Assembly (NCBI GenBank): GCA_038232435.1
Contig: JBBSHV010000001.1
Location: 1-58,487, forward strand
Direction: 5' to 3'
Source of the DNA: Gemmatimonadales bacterium
GTDB taxonomy: Bacteria; Gemmatimonadota; Gemmatimonadetes; Gemmatimonadales; Gemmatimonadaceae
Length of the DNA stretch: 58,487 bases
Of the stretch, positions 29,842 to 38,645 are shown piece after piece (positions within the stretch are counted from its first letter, which is position 1; each line of letters opens with the position of its first letter). The position numbers and the translations under genes are program-made. Below the pieces are notes generated by a model. The model made no database searches and had not been told where the DNA came from. It was given only the letters and a program-made list of their open reading frames with translations.

Positions 29842-30647
29842 GCACTGCTCCGATGCCGGCGAACGAGCGCGTTGCACAGCGGGCTACGGGCCCGGTTGAG
29901 AACGGTTCCGCGGCGCCGGTTCCGCTGCGCGCGGCTCTGGGCAGCTTTACCCGCCTCTTCGCTGTTCAGGGATCATGGAACTACGAAACACTTCTCGGCA
30001 ACGGAATCGCGTTCTGCGCTGAACCACTGCTGCGCGGGCTACCACCCGAACGGTATCACGCGGCGCTCGCGCGCCAGTCGCGCTATTTCAATGCTCATCC
30101 ATATCTCGCCGGAGTGGCGGTTGGGGCGCTCGCGCGCGCCGAGCTAGACGGGGTCGATCCGGCCCAAATAGAACGCTTCCGCACGGCACTCTGCGGTCCG
30201 TTGGGGAGTGTTGGCGATCAGTTGGTGTGGGCCGGTTGGCTGCCGCTGTGTTCGCTCATCGCGTTGGGCGTCTTTGCCGTCGGGCAGGGAGCGCTGGTAA
30301 CGCTCGGTACTTTCCTAGGGCTTTACAACATTGGCCATGTCGCGCTTCGCGCCTGGGGATTGAGGGTCGGTCTCCGCCGTGGGATGCGCGTTGCGCCGGC
30401 TCTGGCCAACCCGATACTGCGCGACGGACCGGCGGCGCTGGCGCGCATTGCCGCTGTAATTGCTGGATTGATCCTGCCCCTCGCGCTTCAGCGTGTGATC
30501 GGTCCCGGACGTGCACTCGCTGGGGTGGTTGCCGCTATCGCCGTGGTGGGCGCGGTAGTTCTCGCCCGATTCGGCACGCGCGCAACGGGGTGGCGCGCAA
30601 CGCTGATCGTGCTCGCGGCATTTGTCCTCTACTCGGTGGTTCGCTGA
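29838..30647 (+). CDS. PTS mannose-family EIID-like membrane component
   Basis: Last 269 aa of ORF 29058..30647. Contains FTRLFAVQGSWNYETLLGNGIAFCAEPLL, matching the IID motif (Q-x-S-W-N-Y-E). ATG 29838 overlaps the IIC stop. Confidence 0.75.
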   Translation: MSTAPMPANERVAQRATGPVENGSAAPVPLRAALGSFTRLFAVQGSWNYETLLGNGIAFCAEPLLRGLPPERYHAALARQSRYFNAHPYLAGVAVGALARAELDGVDPAQIERFRTALCGPLGSVGDQLVWAGWLPLCSLIALGVFAVGQGALVTLGTFLGLYNIGHVALRAWGLRVGLRRGMRVAPALANPILRDGPAALARIAAVIAGLILPLALQRVIGPGRALAGVVAAIAVVGAVVLARFGTRATGWRATLIVLAAFVLYSVVR

Positions 30648-30913
30648 TGGCGGAAACGACGGTGACGATCATCAACAGGAATGGTGTGCACGCCCGGCCG
30701 GCCGCCGAGATCGTGAAGGCGGCCGGAAAATTTGCCAGCGATGTTACGATCGTGCGCGACGACCTTGAGGTCAACGGGAAGAGCATCATGGGCGTGATGA
30801 TGCTCGCGGCCGAGTACGGCGCGTCGATAACCATCCGCGCCACCGGTCCGGACGCCGACGCTGCCGTCGAAGCACTGGTGCAGCTCGTCGAAGCCAAGTT
30901 CGGAGAGCGGTAG
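30647..30913 (+). CDS. ptsH: phosphocarrier protein HPr
   Basis: 88 aa. MAETTVTIINRNGVHARPA places His15, and VNGKSIMGVMML places Ser46. Both regulatory sites counted from the sequence. Confidence 0.9.
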   Translation: MAETTVTIINRNGVHARPAAEIVKAAGKFASDVTIVRDDLEVNGKSIMGVMMLAAEYGASITIRATGPDADAAVEALVQLVEAKFGER

Positions 30914-30914
30914 C

Positions 30915-32717
30915 GTGGCGCGCCCGATCGTAGGCTCTCCCGCTTCCGCCGGCATCGTTGTCGGAAGCGTGCATCTTCTCCGATGGGAGGTGCCGCAGGT
31001 GCGGCACCGCATCATTGCCGATGAACAGGTGGCCGAAGAGGTCGCGCGATTTGAAGACGCTGTCGCGCGCGCCAAGCTCAGACTGACGCAGGTGCGCGAC
31101 AGAGTCGCCGCGAACGCGGGCGAGGATGAGGCCGCTATCTTCGATGTTCAGGTCGCGATCCTGGAGGACCAGGAGCTGCTGCAGAATGTGCGTGCGCTCA
31201 TACATCAGAACTTGGGCGCGGAAAAAGCTTTCGATCTGGTGATGGTTGATTGGCGGCAGAGCTTCGCGCGACATTCACACGCCATGCTGCGCGAGCGCGT
31301 CGCGGATCTGACTGACATCCATATTCGCATTCTCTCGCTCCTACTCGGTTTCGGCGATCATGATCCAGTGGATGTGCCGAGGGGTTCCAACGCGATACTG
31401 GTAACGCACGATCTCACCCCCAGCCTTACTGTTCAGCTTGACCGCAGCGCAATCTCCGCCATCGCCACGGACGCGGGGACGCGCACCTCTCACGTAGCGA
31501 TACTGGCCCGCTCGCTCGGGCTGCCCGCTGTAGTCGGGTTGCGCAACGCGACCGCGCAGCTCACCAGTGGCCAGCGTGTGATTCTGGATGGCTCGCTCGG
31601 TATCCTGGTGCCGGATCCAAACGAGGCTCAGATCGAGGCGTATGCCGCGCGGGCGCTGCGCGAAGCATCGGAAGATTCCGCGTTGCGGGAAATGGCCGGA
31701 TCCGAGCCCGTTACTCTCGACGGGGTACGGCTCACGTTGCGCGCCAACGTCGACCTTCCGGAAGAGGCGGATGCGGCTGCTCGGAGCGGCGCGGAAGGAG
31801 TCGGACTAATGCGCACTGAATTCCTCGTCGTCGGACGGGCGACGATGCCGGATGAGGAAGAGCAGTTCCGCGCTTACACGCGTGTCGTAGGCGCGTTCGA
31901 TGGCCGGCCCGTTGTGATACGCACCTTCGACGTGGGCGGCGACAAGCTTCCCGTGGGCGGATTTCCGGCCGAGGCAAACCCCTTCCTCGGCTGGCGCGCG
32001 ATCCGCGTGTGCCTGGACGAGCCCGAGCTATTCAAGACGCAGCTCCGCGCGTTGCTGCGCGCCGCGGTACACGGCGACGTCCGAATAATGCTGCCACTGG
32101 TCGTGACGCTGGAGGAAGTTCGCGCGGCACGGCGTCTGCTCGGCGAGGCCGCCGACGAACTTGCGGCGCGCGGCGTGGAACATCGACGCGATGTTCCTCT
32201 CGGTGTGATGGTGGAAACTCCGGCTGCCGCGGTTGTGGCGGACATGCTAGCGCCCGAAGTCGCGTTCTTTAGCATCGGAACCAACGACCTCGTCCAGTAC
32301 ACGCTTGCCGTGGACCGTGGCAACGTGAATCTGGCGTCGCGCTTCACGCCGCTTCACCCCGCGGTGCTCAGGCTGATTAGCCGCACGGTGCGCATGGGCG
32401 ACGACGCGGGCCGCGAGGTCAGTGTCTGCGGTGAGATGGCGTCGCAGCCGCTCATGGCTTTCGCGCTTATCGGCCTCGGTGTGCGGCAGTTGAGCGTCGC
32501 TCCGCAGTCTGTTCCGCTGGTCAAGCGCGTCATCCGCGGCGTGAGCGTTTCGGTGGCCACCGATGCGGCTGAGGAGGCCATGCGCACCGGGACAGCGGAG
32601 GAGGCGGAGAACGTCCTTCGCGCCGCGGTTCGCTCGGCGTTCGGAGACGCTCCCTTCCTTCGCTACGGATTGCCCATGCGCGGCGAGCTGGATATGTTAG
32701 AGGGCGGCGATGCTTAA
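30915..32717 (+). CDS. ptsI: phosphoenolpyruvate--protein phosphotransferase (Enzyme I)
   Basis: 600 aa starting at GTG. Contains [25 protein letters not shown] (active-site His), GVGLMRTEF and [16 protein letters not shown]. Confidence 0.9.
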   Translation: MARPIVGSPASAGIVVGSVHLLRWEVPQVRHRIIADEQVAEEVARFEDAVARAKLRLTQVRDRVAANAGEDEAAIFDVQVAILEDQELLQNVRALIHQNLGAEKAFDLVMVDWRQSFARHSHAMLRERVADLTDIHIRILSLLLGFGDHDPVDVPRGSNAILVTHDLTPSLTVQLDRSAISAIATDAGTRTSHVAILARSLGLPAVVGLRNATAQLTSGQRVILDGSLGILVPDPNEAQIEAYAARALREASEDSALREMAGSEPVTLDGVRLTLRANVDLPEEADAAARSGAEGVGLMRTEFLVVGRATMPDEEEQFRAYTRVVGAFDGRPVVIRTFDVGGDKLPVGGFPAEANPFLGWRAIRVCLDEPELFKTQLRALLRAAVHGDVRIMLPLVVTLEEVRAARRLLGEAADELAARGVEHRRDVPLGVMVETPAAAVVADMLAPEVAFFSIGTNDLVQYTLAVDRGNVNLASRFTPLHPAVLRLISRTVRMGDDAGREVSVCGEMASQPLMAFALIGLGVRQLSVAPQSVPLVKRVIRGVSVSVATDAAEEAMRTGTAEEAENVLRAAVRSAFGDAPFLRYGLPMRGELDMLEGGDA

Positions 32718-32782
32718 TCCGTTCATCCGGCTTGACGGAAATAGTCAACTTCTTGAGTCCGCCCGCCTCTAACCCTGCCATA

Positions 32783-33961
32783 GTGCCTGAACGCTTTCTC
32801 TTCACGTCCGAGTCAGTAACCGAGGGGCACCCCGACAAGGTTGCCGATCAGATCTCGGACGCGGTGCTCGACGCAATTCTCACGGACGATCCTGCCGCGC
32901 GAGTGGCATGTGAGACGCTGGTAACGACCGGACTGGCGATTGTCGCCGGCGAGATCACGACCACGACGTACGTACCGGTACCGGACATCGTCCGCGCCAC
33001 CATAGCACGCATTGGCTACACCGACGCGAGCTATGGTTTTGACGCGAAGACGTGCGCGGTGATGAGCACCATTGATCGGCAATCTCCAGACATTGCGCAG
33101 GGCGTCGACACTGGCGGCGCGGGTGACCAGGGAATGATGTTCGGCTATGCCACGGACGAAACGCCGGAGCTGATGCCGCTCCCGATTCAGTTGGCTCACC
33201 GCATCACTTCCAGGTTGGCGGAGTATCGACGCGCCGGCGGAAAGAAGTGGCTTCGCCCCGACGGCAAGGCGCAGGTCACCGTTCAGTACGAGGACAACAT
33301 GCCGGTCGGGGTGGACACGGTAGTCGTGTCCACCCAACATAGCGATGATATCTCTGCGCGCCGCCTGCGCCAGGAAATCATCTCAGAAGTGATCGAGCGG
33401 AGCGTGCCCAAGGAGTTGCGCGCGCGCGGAATCAAGTACCACATCAACCCCACGGGGCGCTTCGTCATCGGCGGCCCGCAGGGTGACGCGGGGCTCACCG
33501 GCCGCAAGATCATTGTTGACACGTATGGTGGAATGGGCCGGCATGGTGGCGGCGCGTTCTCTGGAAAGGATCCCTCCAAAGTAGACCGGTCCGCGTCCTA
33601 CGCCGCGCGGTGGGTGGCGAAGAACATTGTCGCCGCCAAGCTCGCGCGGCGCTGTGAAGTGCAGCTAGCGTATGCCATCGGAGTTGCGCACCCGGTCTCG
33701 GTAATGGTGGACACCTTCGGCACCGGCGCCGTTCCCGACTCCGCGATCACGCGCGCTGTGAACGAAGTCTTTGACCTGACTCCGCGTGGAATTGTGACGG
33801 CACTGGATCTACGCAAGCCCATTTACAGCGCAACAGCGTCGGGCGGCCACTTCGGCCGCACTCCGGAAAAGATTGGCCGCGGCCGCACCGCCGCCACGCT
33901 CTTTACGTGGGAGCGCACCGACAAGGCCGCCCCCCTTAAAAAGGCAGCGATGACGTCGTAG
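32783..33961 (+). CDS. metK: S-adenosylmethionine synthetase
   Basis: Contains [38 protein letters not shown], and [22 protein letters not shown] 32783 fits the usual N-terminus better than ORF-track start 32732. Confidence 0.9.
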   Translation: MPERFLFTSESVTEGHPDKVADQISDAVLDAILTDDPAARVACETLVTTGLAIVAGEITTTTYVPVPDIVRATIARIGYTDASYGFDAKTCAVMSTIDRQSPDIAQGVDTGGAGDQGMMFGYATDETPELMPLPIQLAHRITSRLAEYRRAGGKKWLRPDGKAQVTVQYEDNMPVGVDTVVVSTQHSDDISARRLRQEIISEVIERSVPKELRARGIKYHINPTGRFVIGGPQGDAGLTGRKIIVDTYGGMGRHGGGAFSGKDPSKVDRSASYAARWVAKNIVAAKLARRCEVQLAYAIGVAHPVSVMVDTFGTGAVPDSAITRAVNEVFDLTPRGIVTALDLRKPIYSATASGGHFGRTPEKIGRGRTAATLFTWERTDKAAPLKKAAMTS

Positions 33962-34087
33962 GGCCGGGATTCAGCCCGGGCTTCATCGGGATCGGGGGTT
34001 CACCCCCGCCGTTAACGGGCCTTCGGATCATGCGGGGTGTGGCTCGGCCGGGCCCCGCGCGAGCAATTCCACCATTATTTTCCCTTA

Positions 34088-34609
34088 ATGCTCGTCGAAG
34101 TGGAAGTGATGCGGCTTGGGATGGACCGAGCGACCAACGCCTACGTTGTCATCCTCCGTGAGAAGGGTGGCGACCGGCTGCTCCCCATCTGGATCGGGCA
34201 GCCGGAGGCGGAATCGATTGTCATCGAGATGCACCAGATGCGTCGCGAGCGGCCGCTGACGCACGACCTGTGCAAGAACATCATCGTGCACCTTGGGGCG
34301 ACCCTGCGGCGAGTGCATATAACGCGCGTAGTATCGCGCACGTACTTCGCGGAGCTGCATCTGGCGAGCCGAGACGGTAGCGTGGTGGTGGATGCGCGCC
34401 CGTCTGACAGTATCGCGATCGCACTGCGCTTTGGTGCTGCGATGTATGCTGCTGATTCGCTCCTCACCGACGCGGTTGTGGAGGAGGGCAACGCGGAACC
34501 CGAGCCGGAACCAGAACCTGAACGGGAGAGCGGGCCGATGTCCGGTGAACAGCTCAAGGCGTACCTCGAAAATCTCCGCCCGGAAGATTTTGGCAAGTTC
34601 CGGCTATAA
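34088..34609 (+). CDS. bifunctional nuclease family protein (DUF151/BFN)
   Basis: Contains MLVEVEVMRLGMDRATNAYVVILREKGGDRLLPIWIGQPEAESI...RPLTHDL...ARPSDSIAIALRFGAAMY. Acidic EPEPEPEPE tail. Confidence 0.8.
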   Translation: MLVEVEVMRLGMDRATNAYVVILREKGGDRLLPIWIGQPEAESIVIEMHQMRRERPLTHDLCKNIIVHLGATLRRVHITRVVSRTYFAELHLASRDGSVVVDARPSDSIAIALRFGAAMYAADSLLTDAVVEEGNAEPEPEPEPERESGPMSGEQLKAYLENLRPEDFGKFRL

Positions 34610-35576
34610 GCGCCGCGGCATTGCGTTTCTAGTTGCTCTCGTTGTCACCGCGACCACCTCCGGGCAACCCGCTTTGGCGCAGTCTCGCGTGATCGGACGG
34701 GTGGTCAAGCCGGGGGGCGATTCCGTGGTCGCCGTAAGGGGAGCGTGGGTAACGCTGCATCGTGTCGGAACGGACAGAGCCGGTCCGCTTGACTCAACGC
34801 GTACGGCCGCGAACGGGGGCTTCGCATTGAGCTACGCGCGTGCAGGTGGGGACGATGCCATCTACTTTGTCTCATCGTCCCACGGCGGTGTTGCGTACTT
34901 CACGCGCCCACTGCACGAGGGAGTGGATGAGGGCGACGATACGGAGATAATGGTCTTCGATACGACTTCGCGTCCGGTTCACGTTACGGTGCGCGGACGG
35001 CACGTCGTCGTCGGCCGCCTGGACCCGAGCGGCAAGCGCATCATTACCGAAGTGTTCGACCTATCCAACGATACATCGCTCACGCGGGTGGCGCGCAATG
35101 ACAGCGTGGACGGCGCGGTATGGGCGTCCATTCTCCCTTCCGGGGCGAGCAATCCTGTAGTGAGCGATGGCGACGTTGCGGGCGCGGCCGTGCGCTTCGA
35201 CCAGGGGCGCGCGCTGGTGTACGCGCCGTTTTCACCGGGAATAAAACAGCTCGCGTACCACTACACGGTCGATGAGCGAGCCTTTCCGCTCGGTGTTCCG
35301 CTGGAACGTCCGACTTCGGTTCTCGAAGTGCTGCTGGAAGAGCCAACCGCGCGCGCAGAAGCGCCCGGGCTCAAGCAGATGCCGCCCGTCTCGGTACAGG
35401 GACACGACTTTCGCAGATTCGTCGCGCAGGACGTTCCGGCCTCTTCACTGCTCACGGTTCAGGTGCCGGAAATTGCGCAGCCACTCACCACGTGGTTCGC
35501 CGCCGGTCTGACGCTGGTCATCGGTGGCGCGATGACGTGGGCGCTGGCGCGGGCACTGAGGCGCCGGTCGTCGTAG
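34590..35576 (+). CDS. hypothetical membrane-anchored protein with carboxypeptidase-regulatory-like N-terminal domain
   Basis: Lies in the frame of ORF 34392..35576. TTG 34590 gives LASSGYKRRGIAFLVALVVTATTSGQPALAQS (signal-like), then RVIGRVVKPGGDSVVAVRGAWVTLHRVG. C-terminal TM segment LTTWFAAGLTLVIGGAMTWALA followed by RRRSS. The start is uncertain. Confidence 0.5.
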   Translation: MASSGYKRRGIAFLVALVVTATTSGQPALAQSRVIGRVVKPGGDSVVAVRGAWVTLHRVGTDRAGPLDSTRTAANGGFALSYARAGGDDAIYFVSSSHGGVAYFTRPLHEGVDEGDDTEIMVFDTTSRPVHVTVRGRHVVVGRLDPSGKRIITEVFDLSNDTSLTRVARNDSVDGAVWASILPSGASNPVVSDGDVAGAAVRFDQGRALVYAPFSPGIKQLAYHYTVDERAFPLGVPLERPTSVLEVLLEEPTARAEAPGLKQMPPVSVQGHDFRRFVAQDVPASSLLTVQVPEIAQPLTTWFAAGLTLVIGGAMTWALARALRRRSS

Positions 35577-35629
35577 GGCAACCGCCGGTCGCCGCTACTT
35601 GCGCCTGAACGTAGGCCGGCCGTATGTTG

Positions 35630-35800
35630 CTACATAATTGATTCGCGGTCGGGGGACACGGAAGCCGGTGAAATGCCGGCGCGGCCCCGCCACTGTATCG
35701 GGCAATACGCGCATCTGTGGTCCCACTGGCCGGTGAGCCGGGAAGGGTGATGTCGCGGCCCGGAGCCAGGAGACGACTTTCGTCCGCGCCACTCAAACAG
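35630..35800 (+). promoter_or_regulatory. cobalamin (B12) riboswitch
   Basis: Conserved core read directly: GGAAGCCGGTGAAATGCCGGCGCGGCCCCGCCACTGTATCGG ... CCACTGGCCGGTGAGCCGGGAAGG ... B12-box-like GAGCCAGGAGACGAC. Located in a 303-nt leader upstream of B12-uptake-type genes. Downstream hairpins lie at 35802-35815 and 35817-35842. Confidence 0.85.
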
Positions 35801-35879
35801 ACCCTCGGGGGAGGGCTGGTGGCGTTTCATGCACAGCCACCATTAGTGCGTTGACGTTGCGGGCTTCCTTCGAGCGAGG

Positions 35880-36869
35880 ATGCCCGTTTTGTTTTTCGCC
35901 ACCCCGCAGCGTAACGTCGCACCCGCTCGGCTCGGTCGCCGGGTGCTTGTTGCCTTTTGCGCGTGCGCTCTCGCCCTGTACGGCGCGACAGCGTGTGGCG
36001 GCGCCGAGCGCCCGAGTGCCCGAACGGCCGTCGCGAATGTTGCTGCTGCTGATGAGGCGGCCAGTGGATTGCTCGACGATTTCGGCCAGCCGATCGACCT
36101 GCGCCGAACGCCTACCCGCGTCATATCGCTCAACCCGACCACCACCGAGATCATCTACGCGCTGGGCGCTCAGTCCCGTCTGATCGGGCGATCACACTGG
36201 GACAAGTGGCCCGCTGCAGCGATATCAAAGCCTGATCTGGGCGACGGCATTCGCCCCAATGTGGAACAGCTAATCGCTGCGCGTCCGGACCTCGTGATCC
36301 TGTACGCAACAGATTCCAACCGCGATGCCGCCGCCCGGCTAGCGCACGCGGACATTTCCACTCTATCGCTCCGCATCGACAGCGTGCACGACTTCGACCG
36401 TGCAACGCGAATGCTCGGGCGCGTGCTCGGCGACAGCGCCACCGGTGCGATCGTCGCGGATTCCGTCAACCGGTCGCTCGCCCGAGTACGCGTGGCGACG
36501 CAGCCGCTGCCACATCCCACGACTGTGTGGCGCTTGGCCGATCGGCCGCCGATGGTCGTTGGCGGTGGCAGCTTCATGAGCGAGCTGCTGGAAGACGCGG
36601 GCGCGCGCAACCTGTACGCTCATCTCTCTCAGCCGTCACCCGTTGTGGCCATCGAGGACGTGGTAATTCGGAATCCGGACGTTGTCATAATCGGCGGAGA
36701 CATGGGTGCGAGCAGCACCTCTCTCGGCGCGTGGAATTCCGTTCCAGCAGTCACTAAGGGAAGCGTCGTCTCCGTGTCGAGTGATCTGGTCGCGCGCCCT
36801 TCAGTTCAGATGGGTGCGGCTGCTGCCGCACTCGCTCGCGCGCTACACCCTGGTCTAGTGCTGCGATGA
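35880..36869 (+). CDS. ABC transporter periplasmic binding protein, BtuF/iron-siderophore (cluster A-II) type
   Basis: 329 aa. Lipoprotein-like N-terminus (ALALYGATAC), then RVISLNPTTTEIIYALGA..LIG and PDLVILY. Sits behind a cobalamin riboswitch. Confidence 0.8.
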   Translation: MPVLFFATPQRNVAPARLGRRVLVAFCACALALYGATACGGAERPSARTAVANVAAADEAASGLLDDFGQPIDLRRTPTRVISLNPTTTEIIYALGAQSRLIGRSHWDKWPAAAISKPDLGDGIRPNVEQLIAARPDLVILYATDSNRDAAARLAHADISTLSLRIDSVHDFDRATRMLGRVLGDSATGAIVADSVNRSLARVRVATQPLPHPTTVWRLADRPPMVVGGGSFMSELLEDAGARNLYAHLSQPSPVVAIEDVVIRNPDVVIIGGDMGASSTSLGAWNSVPAVTKGSVVSVSSDLVARPSVQMGAAAAALARALHPGLVLR

Positions 36870-37852
36870 TCGTTCACCGGAGTTGGCACTGGATCGCTGC
36901 CGGTCTTGTGCTCAGCCTCCTCGCTATCGTCGGGGTTCTGTTCGGCACCGTGCGATTGCGACCGGGTGATGTTGCTTCCGCGTTCACCGGTTCAGCGGCC
37001 GCCTCGACGCGCGAAATTGTTCTCACGCTGCGGGCACCGCGCGTGTTACTCGCCGCGCTGGTCGGGGCCGCATTGGGCGCCAGCGGCGCGACGCTGCAGG
37101 CAACGCTCCGCAATGTGTTGGCCGAGCCGTACCTGCTTGGCGTGTCAGGCGGCGCCGCGGTGGGAGCCGTGGCCGGACTTGTGCTCCGCATTCCGGTCGC
37201 GCTAACGCCAGTGGCGGCATTCGTTGGAGCCTCGGTCGCGGTGATGCTCGCGCTCGGCATTGCGCACGGAACGCGGTCAGCCTCGCACGCGGACGTGCGA
37301 ACAATGCTCATGGCGGGTGTAGTCGTGGGAGCGTTCGCCAACGCCGTGATCATGATCGTGCTCGCAAACGTCCCGCTCGACACAATCCGCGGTGCGCTTT
37401 GGTGGATGATGGGATCGGTGGGAGACGCGTCATGGCGCAACGTGTCGTGGCTCGCGGTCTACGTTGCGATCGGTCTGATCTACCTGTACTGGTATGGGCC
37501 AGAAATCGATGTCCTGACACTCGGCGAGGAAAGCGCAGCGGCGCTCGGTGTAGATGTCGAGCGGACGACCCGACGAATCTTCCTGGCAAGCGCATTGCTC
37601 GCGGCGGCGAGCGTGGCAGCCGCCGGTCTCGTTGGCTTCGTCGGATTGATAGTGCCACACATCGTTCGCAGTGCCGGTGTATCCCGGTTGCGTCCGCTGC
37701 TCTTGGGCACCGCGATTGTCGGCGCAGCACTCGTGATCGGCGCGGACCTTATCTCGCGCGTCGCCCTGCGCCCCACAGAGCTTCCGCTCGGGGCGATCAC
37801 CGCCGTACTCGGCGTGCCATTCTTTCTGCTTCAACTGCGGCGCGCGCAATGA
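36866..37852 (+). CDS. FecCD-family ABC permease (BtuC-like)
   Basis: 328 aa polytopic protein. Contains LRAPRVLLAALVGAALGASGATLQ, VGFVGLIVPHIVR and PLGAITAVLGVPFFLLQL. Confidence 0.85.
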   Translation: MIVHRSWHWIAAGLVLSLLAIVGVLFGTVRLRPGDVASAFTGSAAASTREIVLTLRAPRVLLAALVGAALGASGATLQATLRNVLAEPYLLGVSGGAAVGAVAGLVLRIPVALTPVAAFVGASVAVMLALGIAHGTRSASHADVRTMLMAGVVVGAFANAVIMIVLANVPLDTIRGALWWMMGSVGDASWRNVSWLAVYVAIGLIYLYWYGPEIDVLTLGEESAAALGVDVERTTRRIFLASALLAAASVAAAGLVGFVGLIVPHIVRSAGVSRLRPLLLGTAIVGAALVIGADLISRVALRPTELPLGAITAVLGVPFFLLQLRRAQ

Positions 37853-38619
37853 TCCAGTATCGCGACGTGACCGTCAGCTACGGCAAGGGTGCACCCGACG
37901 CTGTACGGAATGTTTCATTCACCGCCGAGCGCGGAGCGGTAACCGCGCTGGTGGGCCCAAACGGCAGCGGGAAGAGCACGCTCGTTCGGGCCATGTTGCG
38001 GCGTGTACCGCTCGCATCGGGTGAGATATGCGTCGACGGCGCTCGACTCGGCTCGATGCCGCGGGTCGAGTTCGCACGCACCGTGTCGGTGGTCACCCAG
38101 CGCGAGGACACGACGTTCGTTCGAACCGTGCGCGAGTACATCGAGCTGGGTCGCTTTCCTCATCGCGGTCACCGCGGCGACGATAGCGCGGCAGTGATTC
38201 ACGCCGCCGAGAGGGCGGCGGTGACAACGTTGCTGGATCGCGCGACCGACGCGATCTCCGGCGGCGAGTGGCAGCGCGTACGCGTGGCGCGCGCTCTGGC
38301 GCAGGGCGGAGAAGCGATACTGCTGGATGAGCCCACCGCGTTTCTCGACGTCGCGCACGAGATGCAGATGTTCGAGATGTTGGCGGCGTTGGCGACATCC
38401 GGAATCGCTGTTGTCCTCGTGAGTCATCAACTAAATCTCGTTGCGCGTTTCGCCAGCAGCATCGTGCTACTTTCCCGCGGAAGTGTGGTCGCGGCTGGAG
38501 CACCTGAGGCGATGATGCGCGGCGACTTGCTGGAATCAGTTTACGGCTGGCCCCTTGTAGTCACGCGTGACCCAGCAATCGGCGCGCCCGCACTCGTTCC
38601 GTTGCGGCGCGCGCACTAA
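37849..38619 (+). CDS. ABC transporter ATP-binding protein (BtuD/FepC-like)
   Basis: Last 256 aa of ORF 37399..38619. Walker A GPNGSGKST, signature ISGGEWQRV, Walker B ILLDEPTAFLD. ATGA overlap with the permease. Confidence 0.85.
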   Translation: MIQYRDVTVSYGKGAPDAVRNVSFTAERGAVTALVGPNGSGKSTLVRAMLRRVPLASGEICVDGARLGSMPRVEFARTVSVVTQREDTTFVRTVREYIELGRFPHRGHRGDDSAAVIHAAERAAVTTLLDRATDAISGGEWQRVRVARALAQGGEAILLDEPTAFLDVAHEMQMFEMLAALATSGIAVVLVSHQLNLVARFASSIVLLSRGSVVAAGAPEAMMRGDLLESVYGWPLVVTRDPAIGAPALVPLRRAH

Positions 38620-38645
38620 GTGTACAGCAACTCGACAAATATTAT

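Noticed and set aside
32718-32782. SAM riboswitch upstream of metK
   Set aside because: The spacer is only about 65 nt. It shows one small hairpin (TCCGT...ACGGA) and no S-box, SAM-II, SAM-IV or SAM-V-like conserved motifs that I can recognise. More likely just a promoter and RBS region.
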